Below, in pieces: positions 8,754 to 17,373 of a DNA stretch of 57,387 nt; within the stretch, counting starts at the first letter, position 1, and every line of letters starts with the position of its first letter. The DNA lies in contig CAZDIQ010000002.1 of assembly GCA_964505525.1 (NCBI GenBank), forward strand, positions 1 to 57,387. Reading direction: 5' to 3'. The translations under genes and the position numbers were made by a program. Origin of the DNA: an uncultured Acidimicrobiaceae bacterium. GTDB lineage: Bacteria; Actinomycetota; Acidimicrobiia; Spongiisociales; UBA5794. The notes beneath the pieces are model-generated. The model was not told the origin of the DNA and made no database searches. It saw only the letters and a list, made by a program, of their open reading frames with translations.

Positions 8754-10549
8754 GACGGCGCGACCAGTTCGACCTTGCGAAGGTCGTCCTTCCATCGGTT
8801 GCGGATGGCGTCGTCCTTGTACGGATTCCCGTCGATCCACGCCTCGGCATCGAGTGTCGGGAAAGTTTCCCGGATCCGATCAGCAGTCGCCAGCGCCCGC
8901 CGATCCATGCCGAGTTCCACTTGACTTGCCGCAAGCACCAGCATGGCCTCCACATTGGTCGGCTGGTGCTCAAGGACGGCCTCGGCGATGGCTGCTGCTT
9001 GCTCGACCCGTTCGCCGATGAACAGCGAGCACGCCTTGATCGTCGGGTACCACGGATTGCTCACAACGGAGAGGCGCATTGCCACATCCAGCAGATCCAC
9101 TGCCTCTTCCCAATCCCCGAGATACCGTCTCAGACTGCCCTCAAGTGCGTAGGTGACATCGCATGTGGGGCGCACGATGTTGATGCCGTCGATCCGTGCG
9201 GCCGCTTCATCGGTGTGTCCGAGCGATAGGAGCACGGCAGCATCGACGGCTGTTGCGAGACCGGTGGGATCCCCCATTTCCGATGCGATTCGCGCTTGGT
9301 CACGTGCCAGGGCAAGGACTTCGTCGCGGTTGGTCACGAATCCGTCCTCAACGCCCATCCAGTTCGTGAACGCTGATAACACCAAACCGGTCGGCAGCTC
9401 CGGATGCTGGTCGGCGACTCGTTGGAAGAGCCGGTACGCCTCTTCCCACCCCTGTCGTGTGTTCAGCTTCAAGTGGTACCAGCCGAGGTAGACATCGTGG
9501 ATCGACTCTGCATCGCCCAATTCCGCGTAGATGCCCGCTGGCGCTCCGACTATGAGCTCGACCGCCACGGTGTTGGCGACGGCCTCCGCCAGCCGGTCGG
9601 ACAGTGTGAGAAGGTCAGACGCCTTCGACGTCTCCCTGTGGGACTTGACCACGTTCATGGTCGTGAGGTCGAGCAGGTTGGCATAGACGCGCACGTCGTC
9701 CCCGAATTGGAGCACACCGGTTTCGAGTACGTAGCGCGATGGCGCCTTGTCGCGGTAGTCCGATCCGAGTGCCTCGACCATGTCGACACCGGGCACAGCC
9801 GTGAGGCGATGGACGATGTCGGACCTGATGACACCCGCCGCGGATCCGACCTCGGGGCTTGCTCCCTCGATGATTACGGGCAGGACCGCAACCGACGGTC
9901 TGTCGAGCCCGAGGAACGTGTGGCCTGGGACAGCCGCCGCGTCGCTCGGGAGCCCGACGAAGTCATAGACAGGGACCGGCTCGGGAATGTTCTTGAGTCG
10001 GTGTGTACCCATGGTGCGGAATCGAAGCTCCGGTTCGTCCAATGCCCGATACACAGCACCCGACACCGCCAGACCGCCGGGTTGGCACAGGGCTTGGATG
10101 CGGGCAGCGATGTTGAGGACATCTCCTTCATAGTGACCGTCGGTGATCGACACGTACCCTTGGTCGATGCCCAAGCGGAACCTGAGCCACTTGGGTTCGG
10201 GGCGACCGGCGTTGCTGGCTTCGACGGCAGTCGTAATGGCAATGGCGGCTTGGACACTTTCGACCGCGGTCGGCAGCACAGCCATGAAATTGTCACCGAC
10301 AAAGTTGACAAGCGTTCCACCGACCTCGGTGAGGTTGTCCTCCACGATCGTCCTTGCAGAGACCATGGCCTCTGAGGTCGCGTCAAAGTCGTCGGCCAGG
10401 AGGCGTGAGTAGCCGACCACATCGCCATTGATCGCAGCGACGAATACTGCACGATTGCGGGTACTGATCATCGACGCCATCGTAGTCGTGACCCCTATCC
10501 CATCCGATGGCTGTCCGGTCTCACCGTCGCGAGCGAGTCCCATCCGCAT
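8750..10549 (-). CDS. Class III adenylate/guanylate cyclase domain protein with C-terminal TPR-like helical repeats
   Basis: The N-terminal cyclase homology domain carries GDVVGYSRLL, NFVGDNFMAV and LNIAARIQ. A ~350-aa alpha-helical repeat region follows. ATG 10480 is an alternative start. Confidence 0.8.
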   Translation of the reverse strand: MRMGLARDGETGQPSDGIGVTTTMASMISTRNRAVFVAAINGDVVGYSRLLADDFDATSEAMVSARTIVEDNLTEVGGTLVNFVGDNFMAVLPTAVESVQAAIAITTAVEASNAGRPEPKWLRFRLGIDQGYVSITDGHYEGDVLNIAARIQALCQPGGLAVSGAVYRALDEPELRFRTMGTHRLKNIPEPVPVYDFVGLPSDAAAVPGHTFLGLDRPSVAVLPVIIEGASPEVGSAAGVIRSDIVHRLTAVPGVDMVEALGSDYRDKAPSRYVLETGVLQFGDDVRVYANLLDLTTMNVVKSHRETSKASDLLTLSDRLAEAVANTVAVELIVGAPAGIYAELGDAESIHDVYLGWYHLKLNTRQGWEEAYRLFQRVADQHPELPTGLVLSAFTNWMGVEDGFVTNRDEVLALARDQARIASEMGDPTGLATAVDAAVLLSLGHTDEAAARIDGINIVRPTCDVTYALEGSLRRYLGDWEEAVDLLDVAMRLSVVSNPWYPTIKACSLFIGERVEQAAAIAEAVLEHQPTNVEAMLVLAASQVELGMDRRALATADRIRETFPTLDAEAWIDGNPYKDDAIRNRWKDDLRKVELVAPS

Positions 10550-10574
10550 ACCCCCGCAATCCTGCGTAGGATCG

Positions 10575-10589
10575 TTCTGTCATGCGAAA
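10575..10589. promoter_or_regulatory. Candidate operator (TTCT-N6-CGAAA variant) upstream of the IclR gene
   Basis: TTCTGTCATGCGAAA lies 28 nt upstream of the IclR ATG. It is embedded in the quasi-palindrome CGTTCTG-TCATG-CGAAACG and is related to five other intergenic sites (see findings). Confidence 0.45.
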
Positions 10590-10616
10590 CGGTGACGCAA
10601 GAAGAAAAGAGACCGC

Positions 10617-11381
10617 ATGCTCAAATCGGTAAGCAACGCCCTACGTGTGCTCGAGTATCTCGTTGAACACGGTGAGGGTGGGGTGTCGGAGATCGGCCGG
10701 GAGCTGGGCCTCAGTCCGGGCACCGTGTATCGCTTGGTCTCCACGCTCGTTGATGCAGGATTCGCGGATCAGAACAGTGACAACCGCCGGTACGGGCCAG
10801 GGCCGCGGATTATGCAACTCTCGAATGTCATGCGAAATCGAGTCGAGTACCTTGATGTTGCTCGCATTCACCTTGAGCGGCTGACGGAGCGAGCCAACGA
10901 GACAGTGAACCTCGCCGTTATGCGCAACAATGAGGTCGTGTATGTCGATCGCGTTGTGTCGAATCGCACGCTCGCCGTCGAGGTCCGGATCGGTTCTCAC
11001 GTTCCCGCCTTCTGCACTGCACTTGGGAAGGTCCTCCTCGCATTCGGGACAGAGGAGTCTCGAGAGGCGTACCTCGACGCGCTCCCGGATCTGCCCGATG
11101 GAGGGCATGCGAAGCCAGCCGTGGGTGACTTCCGCAAGGAACTCGAGCGGGTATCGACCCAGGGTTATGCGGAGGACAAGGGCGAATTCTCGCCGGACAT
11201 CAGTTGTGTCGCAGTACCCGTTCTCAACTCCAAAGGCAAAGGAATCGCTGCCGTGAGTGTCTCTGCGCCTGCGACCCGCTTCGCAGATCGTCGCGAAGCA
11301 CTGATCCCGATGATCGAAATCACCGGCAAGGAGCTCACTCTGCTCGTCAGTGAGCTCGGGGACGATAACCCGCGGCTCTAG
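10617..11381 (+). CDS. IclR-family transcriptional regulator
   Basis: N-terminal winged HTH (ALRVLEYLVEHGEGGVSEIGRELGLSPGTVYRLVSTL) and a C-terminal IclR effector domain (VNLAVM...VVYVD, GYAEDKGEFSPDISCVAVPV). Confidence 0.9.
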   Translation: MLKSVSNALRVLEYLVEHGEGGVSEIGRELGLSPGTVYRLVSTLVDAGFADQNSDNRRYGPGPRIMQLSNVMRNRVEYLDVARIHLERLTERANETVNLAVMRNNEVVYVDRVVSNRTLAVEVRIGSHVPAFCTALGKVLLAFGTEESREAYLDALPDLPDGGHAKPAVGDFRKELERVSTQGYAEDKGEFSPDISCVAVPVLNSKGKGIAAVSVSAPATRFADRREALIPMIEITGKELTLLVSELGDDNPRL

Positions 11382-11403
11382 AGTGGTGCTCTCCATGGGG
11401 CTC

Positions 11404-11417
11404 TTTCGCTGACAGAA
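11404..11417. promoter_or_regulatory. Candidate operator (TTTCG-N5-AGAA, the reverse form of TTCT-N5-CGAAA) upstream of paralog copy 1
   Basis: TTTCGCTGACAGAA. Its reverse complement TTCTGTCAGCGAAA is nearly identical to the site upstream of iclR. A degenerate second copy (TTCTGCTATGCGG) follows at 11424..11436. Confidence 0.45.
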
Positions 11418-11491
11418 TATCCGTTCTGCTATGCGGTTAGTGTGGGCCGAGCGAGAGGACGCACCGGTACCGCGAACCCATCGGAGGACAC

Positions 11492-13870
11492 GTGACTGTT
11501 GACGCAACGCGACCGTTCACGGTTGTCGATGGAAACCTTTCGGCTGTGAGCGACAACTTGGTGGTCGTGTTCGATGCGGACACGGGTGGAATGCGCGAAA
11601 TCAGGAATCGGATCACGGGCCATGCGGTTTGCGACGCTGTGTCACCGATTCCTTGGAGACTGCAACGGGTCGGCACTCGCTGGAGTGCTTTCCCCAAGAA
11701 CCTCCCGCCATGGCTCCACGGCGACGAGATTGTGCCGGACGAGTTTCATTTCTCGATATCTGAGGACGGGTGGTCGGCCGATCTTGGTTGGTCGACGTCC
11801 ACGTATGGGATCCGGGTCTCGGTCGTCGCCAGTATCTCAAGGCAGACGGGTGACCTGGAGCTTCGGCCCACCGTTCATGTGGATGTCGGAACCGAGACAC
11901 CCGAGTTCCTGACGTATCCGATTCTTGAACATCCGACGATCGATGTCGGCACCGAGGGCGATCTGCAGTTCATCGCCCCGTCGCATTCAGGGATGATGAT
12001 TCGACGACCTCATGATGAGGCCCCGTGGGAGGCTCCATACCCGGATGGGTATGCGGGATGTTCGATGCAATTCATGGCGCTTATCGAATCAGGGTCAGGG
12101 GGGTTCTACCTGGCCTCGCACGATCCGCACTCGACATGGAAGGTGCTGCGGTTCAGCGGTGACGAATGGTCAATCTCGCACTATGCGTGGGACCTGCGAG
12201 AAGGAACGTCAATCGATCTGGAGTATCCCGTTGTGCTGGGCGCTCTGATTGTCGGTGATTGGTTCGAGGCTGCAGAGCGATATAGAAGTTGGGCGCTCAC
12301 AGCACCTTGGAGCAACTCGCACCCATCTGAGTCCATGCCCGGAGTTGACCGAGAACGCCGGCGATGGCTGCAGGAAGAAGTCGGCTTGGCGATTTGGGGT
12401 GCTCCAGCATCGCTTGATTGGTCACCGTGGTATCGCATGTACGGCGAAATAGCGGGGACACCCCTTCACATTTGCCCGATGTGGGATTGGACAAACCCGC
12501 TACCGCAGTCGCGGGGAAGGGAAGGTTGGTTCCCAGCGAGGTTTCACGAATCAAACCTGGACGCGTGGAAGGGCCATTTCGTGACGCCCTACATGAACGA
12601 TCTGTTCGTGTCGTCGTCGGCTGTCGATTTTCACGATCAGTGGGAGCCGAATGCTGTGTACCCATACGCAATATTCCCGTTCACCCGCTTCTCGGAGTTC
12701 GACCCGGGCGTGATTGCAACCGGGACACCATCCTCGGATCCGCTCGTAACGACCGACGTGCCGTTCTACATGTGTCCCGCCACCACTGCACAGACGGAGC
12801 TCCACGCATGGCGTGACCTCGGACTCATGCGCGACCATGACATGGACGGTGTCTGCTACGACATTTCATCTGGAAATCCACTCCAGATCTCTCGGTGTCT
12901 CCGCTGGGAACACGGGCATCCCCCAGGCAGGGGGAGACACATGATTGAGGCTGCGGACCGGATGAACCGCATCTCGAAACAAGTTGTTGATGGAGCAACC
13001 CACCGTTACCTCGTCCAGGGAGTGGAGACGATTGTCGAGAACATCATCGGTTCGGTCGACTTCTATGTCGCTCGCGCTGGGGCTGGACCACTCGCGTATC
13101 ACGAGGCATGGGTCCCGAGCCATGAGCAACCACCTGGAACCGGACGAGAGCTGCTTCCCATGTTCGAAGCCGTGTATCACTCCATCGGTCCTGTGCGCCA
13201 TGACGGCTGGCTCACGATGGCCGAAAATCACGGTGACATCTTCTTCTGGGCCGCGGCACGGATCGTGCTGCAGTGGGGTGGTCTGCTTTCGCTCCACTAC
13301 AGCTACGGCTTCGCATTCAATCCACCCGAACGAATCGACGGAATCGATGAGCTGCCCGAGCACGTCAACTGGGACGGCTCGACAATCCGGTTTGAAGAAC
13401 TCCCGGAACTCGATGTTGCCAAGGCATTGTTTGTCAAACAGCTGGCAACCGCTCGGACTCGGATGGCTGTACCGTACCTGGCCCATGGCACGATGATTCG
13501 ACCCGTGTCCGTCGACGTTGGCGTGACACGAGCTTCGTTCGCTGGTCGTTTCAGCTCGGCACCCACACTCGTGCTGGAAGGCACCTGGGACGTTCCATCC
13601 GTGGTCCATGGCGCGTGGCAGGCACCGAATGGAGCTATTGGGCTCATGTTCGCTGCGGTCGGGACTGAATCCGTTCAGTTCAGCTCGTCGATCGATGCCG
13701 AGAAACTGTGGGGCATTCAACTTGGTGGTTCGACGGTCACGGTTTACGACTCCGACGGCGCATTGGCCGAGTATCGCGTCGGGTCGGACAACCGAGTAGT
13801 GCTTGACTTTGTCCTCGCCTCGAGACGTGTGTACCTGGTCGAGATCGTGCGTGACGAAAAGGCTGATTGA
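11492..13870 (+). CDS. Large uncharacterised cytoplasmic protein, paralog family copy 1 of 4 (792 aa); glycoside-hydrolase-like by architecture and context only
   Basis: GTG start preceded by GGAGGA; no signal peptide. It shares long conserved blocks with 27118..29466, 39860..42154 and 54542..57196. These include YPDGYAGCS, GGFYLASHDP, FYMCPATT...HAWRD, DGVCYDISSGN, RCLRWEHGHPPGRG, QGVETI, VDFYVARAGAGP and HDGW...GDIFF. Confidence 0.85.
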   Translation: MTVDATRPFTVVDGNLSAVSDNLVVVFDADTGGMREIRNRITGHAVCDAVSPIPWRLQRVGTRWSAFPKNLPPWLHGDEIVPDEFHFSISEDGWSADLGWSTSTYGIRVSVVASISRQTGDLELRPTVHVDVGTETPEFLTYPILEHPTIDVGTEGDLQFIAPSHSGMMIRRPHDEAPWEAPYPDGYAGCSMQFMALIESGSGGFYLASHDPHSTWKVLRFSGDEWSISHYAWDLREGTSIDLEYPVVLGALIVGDWFEAAERYRSWALTAPWSNSHPSESMPGVDRERRRWLQEEVGLAIWGAPASLDWSPWYRMYGEIAGTPLHICPMWDWTNPLPQSRGREGWFPARFHESNLDAWKGHFVTPYMNDLFVSSSAVDFHDQWEPNAVYPYAIFPFTRFSEFDPGVIATGTPSSDPLVTTDVPFYMCPATTAQTELHAWRDLGLMRDHDMDGVCYDISSGNPLQISRCLRWEHGHPPGRGRHMIEAADRMNRISKQVVDGATHRYLVQGVETIVENIIGSVDFYVARAGAGPLAYHEAWVPSHEQPPGTGRELLPMFEAVYHSIGPVRHDGWLTMAENHGDIFFWAAARIVLQWGGLLSLHYSYGFAFNPPERIDGIDELPEHVNWDGSTIRFEELPELDVAKALFVKQLATARTRMAVPYLAHGTMIRPVSVDVGVTRASFAGRFSSAPTLVLEGTWDVPSVVHGAWQAPNGAIGLMFAAVGTESVQFSSSIDAEKLWGIQLGGSTVTVYDSDGALAEYRVGSDNRVVLDFVLASRRVYLVEIVRDEKAD

Positions 13871-13875
13871 CGAGA

Positions 13876-16800
13876 TCAGTCGTCGATTCGCACGACCCAG
13901 TAGGGGATGGTGTCCATATCGCCCATACCCGGGGCCATGGTTCCTCGTCCCTCGATGTCAACAACCTCGATGTAGTACATGACATCCCAGACGGGATTGA
14001 CGTATTCGCGGGGAATTTCGGCCAAGTGGCGATTGCCGCCGACCTCAGTCATGGGTATGCATTTCCACTCGTAGTACTGATTGGCGTACCGGAAGTGAAG
14101 GACCACGCGTTCGGTGGCATGCGTGTGCTCGACGGTCGCTTCGACAATGATCGGCGATCGGGCGCGGCTCCGCTCGACCGGTTCGTGATTGACCACGGGA
14201 CCCGGCACCCTGCTGTCGATCGACCGCGCCCTGAAAGCTGGTGGTGTTGCGGAGCCTGTCGGTGCGGGTAGAAACGTCGTTCGCCCAGCCGAGGTTGCGA
14301 TGAAGGAGTAGTCGATTGTGGTCCCGGCGGGCACGGATTCCGCTGGAACCACAATCTCGTAGAACAAGCCTTCCTCGCCAAGGTCCATCGGCAATGGCTC
14401 CGCGCCATCAACGATGATGGCGACCTTGTCGATCGGGTCGGGTCCGGTGGCTGAAAGCTTGAGTACGAGGTCACTTGCTTGGTCGAATGTGTCGATCGGC
14501 GCATGCGCGAGGCTCGGCGCGAGAGGGCGGACGATCAGGGCCGAGCAGAACCAGACGCATCCCGGATCGGGTGTGAAGGTCATGGCCATCAGGCCGCGAC
14601 CGAATGTCCGGCGTGCACGAAGTTCCGAGTGGGTCCCGTACGCGATGTTGCCGATGCTCCCCATGGGTTGACCGTTGAGACTGACATCGAACGGTCCGAA
14701 CGAGCGCGGATCGACGCTGCGATTGGAGAACAATGCGATGACCTCATATTCACCTGCTTCAACTACGCAATTGAACGTTGCTCGTTGGCTGCCAAACACG
14801 AAGTCTCGAAAGAGCGTGTTGGTAAAAGGAACGAGGTTCGAATATCCCGGGTCGTTCATGGTGTCGCGGAACACGGAATCGAGGTGTCGGTCGCAAAACC
14901 GTGCGAGCGGAGACGCTATGGCCTCGACGACTTCCGGGTCTTCCCATCCCCACCTGGTCTGGGTGGGGTGCTTCCACTCGACATCGGCGCCTACCCCTAC
15001 GAACCCTCTCTCCACCATATCGTGGTGCACCGCGAAGCGCGTGTAGCTGTATCCCGCTGGAGCCGCTTCGCCGAAGTCGAACGCCGCGACGGCGCCTCCG
15101 ATCGTGCCTGCGCCATAATCGCCATGGAGTGCAATTCGTTCCTCGATTCGCAACTCGTCCTCGCGAACGAGTAAGAGCTTGTCCTTCCAATGACCGCTGT
15201 CAATGGGACCAGTCACCTGGTGGTCGGTATAGACGCCGTGGGTAATTTCCGCAAGCCTCTCCCAGTGTGGCGTCGCTTGCCTGAGGTAGTTTCGGGCGGA
15301 CACAGCCTCGGCCAGATCACCTGTCTCGTAGTAGGTAGCCAATGCATACGCAGCAAGAATCTTGTGTGAGTGGTACAGAGCGAGTTCCCCCAGGGCTGCA
15401 ATGTCAGTCGCAGTGCTCGCGAGTTCAAGGCCAGCCACATCGTGGGTGGCAGGCACCGTATCGAGAACCATTGCGAGGTCGTGGCATTGTTGCCCGATAT
15501 CACGCAGGTAAGCGGACGCCGCAGGGGGAGACATTTTGGCTGTCCGATGTCCGGTGATCCGCTCCGCCACCGACTCGTCAAAGCTCGCGATCATCGCTGG
15601 GTCACTCGGAGGGACCGACGCGTAGAAATCGAGCAGACCTCCGGTGTCAGCCTCTGGCCAGATATACATGTTCGGATCACTCATGTTGTATCGAATCAAG
15701 AAGCTCACGACCCGAGACGCCCATGTGTACCCCTCTAGGACGTGCTCGGCTGCCTCCCCAAAGCGACACCTGAGGTGCCGTAGCCACGTCTCTTCTCGCG
15801 CGTTCGGGTTGTAGGTGAGACGACCGAACAGCAGGTAGAACAGCCAGTATCGCTGCCATTCCCACTGGTAGTACTCGTGTTCGGATTCGAGAATCCGCCA
15901 TGTACCGGGTTCGTTCCCATAGCCCTTCTGCGCAAGCGGTGGCGAAATCTCGAATCCGATCGAATCCCCGAGGGCGAGTCCGCGTGCGAACGTCCGCACG
16001 AATCGTGGGTCTCCCCACACGAAATGGCGATGGGATCCGAGGGTCCAGACCTGGTACGAAATGTCGTACGGCCGGTCACGGGCGAGGAAGTCGGCATAGC
16101 TGTATGCCGGCTCTTGCTTCGGTGCCGGGTAGGGCGCTCCAAGGTGTTCAGCCCAATGCTTCATCGAAAGGCGCATCGGGATATCTGCATCAATGACCGC
16201 ATCGACGGTTTCCGGGAGCGCGATCCAGCCACGAAGATCCAGAAGAACCTCGCGATCGGCTTCGCGGATTGCCCTGACAATCGAGTTCGCAAAGAAGTCT
16301 GTCTGTTCATCCTGAGGAATCCCGGACTCCCCGTTGACGCGGATCTGGATGCCGGAGATTGCTGGAAACTGTAAGAGCATCTTGCGCGTAGCCTGATATG
16401 TGTAGTCCGTGAGCATGTCGTCGCTCAGTCCCTCTACGAGGCTCCGCTGGACATGGCCTCCGCGAGAGCCTGGCGACCATGCTTTGACTTGCCAGATGCC
16501 AAGGACGAACGCCAGCCCGCGTGCCGCCGCCATCTCTGACACCATTTTGAGACTCTCAGCGTTGCGAGCCTGGTCCGAGGCAGAGAGTCCCGAGACGAAG
16601 ACCTCGGGGTGGTCTTCGACGGATACGAAGTAGGGGAACGGAGGTGCCAAGTAGTTTGTCTGGTGGGCCATCACGATCTGAAAGCTGTTGAATCGACTAC
16701 GAGCCATCAGGTCGAAGTAGGCGGTCCAGTGGGCTTCGGAGTGGAACCACTCAGCGTCGCAGTCAGCGTTGTGCAGGAAGGTGAACACTCCTCGAAATGC

Positions 16801-17142
16801 TGTGTGTGGCGATTCGGAGGTCGCCCGCAGTTCGGAAACCCGCACTCCCTCGAGGTCCAACTGGTCGGCGACTTCAAGCAATCCATACATCAAACCTTGT
16901 TCATCGGCACCAATGAGTAGCGCGGCCGGGCCGACGTGGTTGAGCTCAAACGCTTCCTCGCGTTCGGGCAGTCGCAACCCCGCCTGCAACGCGATGTCAG
17001 CGATTTCGGGATTCGACATGACGCCAGCAATGATGTCTGCCTCGCCCGATGTAACAACCTCGATCCGGGCGGCTGATCCGAGGCGGTCGAGCGCGTACGT
17101 GGTCTTGGTCCCGACCGGTCCGAGTATCCGCACGCGCACCAC
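13876..17142 (-). CDS. Large (1088 aa) putative glycoside hydrolase-like protein, function unknown
   Basis: The N-terminal region (AFELNHVGPAALLIGADEQGLMYGLLEVADQL) resembles the GH20b/GH67-N type domain. A probable TIM-barrel region and C-terminal beta-sandwich-like domains follow. There is no signal peptide. This is a single uninterrupted ORF. Confidence 0.6.
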   Translation of the reverse strand: MVRVRILGPVGTKTTYALDRLGSAARIEVVTSGEADIIAGVMSNPEIADIALQAGLRLPEREEAFELNHVGPAALLIGADEQGLMYGLLEVADQLDLEGVRVSELRATSESPHTAFRGVFTFLHNADCDAEWFHSEAHWTAYFDLMARSRFNSFQIVMAHQTNYLAPPFPYFVSVEDHPEVFVSGLSASDQARNAESLKMVSEMAAARGLAFVLGIWQVKAWSPGSRGGHVQRSLVEGLSDDMLTDYTYQATRKMLLQFPAISGIQIRVNGESGIPQDEQTDFFANSIVRAIREADREVLLDLRGWIALPETVDAVIDADIPMRLSMKHWAEHLGAPYPAPKQEPAYSYADFLARDRPYDISYQVWTLGSHRHFVWGDPRFVRTFARGLALGDSIGFEISPPLAQKGYGNEPGTWRILESEHEYYQWEWQRYWLFYLLFGRLTYNPNAREETWLRHLRCRFGEAAEHVLEGYTWASRVVSFLIRYNMSDPNMYIWPEADTGGLLDFYASVPPSDPAMIASFDESVAERITGHRTAKMSPPAASAYLRDIGQQCHDLAMVLDTVPATHDVAGLELASTATDIAALGELALYHSHKILAAYALATYYETGDLAEAVSARNYLRQATPHWERLAEITHGVYTDHQVTGPIDSGHWKDKLLLVREDELRIEERIALHGDYGAGTIGGAVAAFDFGEAAPAGYSYTRFAVHHDMVERGFVGVGADVEWKHPTQTRWGWEDPEVVEAIASPLARFCDRHLDSVFRDTMNDPGYSNLVPFTNTLFRDFVFGSQRATFNCVVEAGEYEVIALFSNRSVDPRSFGPFDVSLNGQPMGSIGNIAYGTHSELRARRTFGRGLMAMTFTPDPGCVWFCSALIVRPLAPSLAHAPIDTFDQASDLVLKLSATGPDPIDKVAIIVDGAEPLPMDLGEEGLFYEIVVPAESVPAGTTIDYSFIATSAGRTTFLPAPTGSATPPAFRARSIDSRVPGPVVNHEPVERSRARSPIIVEATVEHTHATERVVLHFRYANQYYEWKCIPMTEVGGNRHLAEIPREYVNPVWDVMYYIEVVDIEGRGTMAPGMGDMDTIPYWVVRIDD

Positions 17143-17329
17143 GCCCTATCTCCTTCCGTGCCTTGCTGGTGAGACGTCGCGGATGAATCGATCCCGGGGT
17201 GGCGACAATGCGGATGCATAGTCCGGTGGCACGAGAATCGGTCCGATTCGGCCAGCATCGTTTGGGGGCATTGCTTCGTCTTGCATCTGATACAGACTCG
17301 ACTGTACATCGCGCATAGAAGAAGAGCTA

Positions 17330-17343
17330 TTCTTGATTCGAAA
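17330..17343. promoter_or_regulatory. Candidate operator (TTCT-N5-CGAAA) in the divergent region between 17142(-) and 17374(+)
   Basis: TTCTTGATTCGAAA lies 31 nt upstream of the ATG at 17374. Confidence 0.4.
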
Positions 17344-17373
17344 CAACCGTCTGAAAGGATTCGACACCCGACC

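Noticed and set aside
12866-13720. Antisense ORF (284 aa) inside paralog copy 1. Similar antisense ORFs occur at 27604..28800, 45196..46272, 46185..47081, 48181..49062 and 49063..49761
   Set aside because: All lie opposite genes with clear homology or paralogy and have no motifs of their own. They are consistent with the stop-codon-poor reverse frames of GC-rich DNA.
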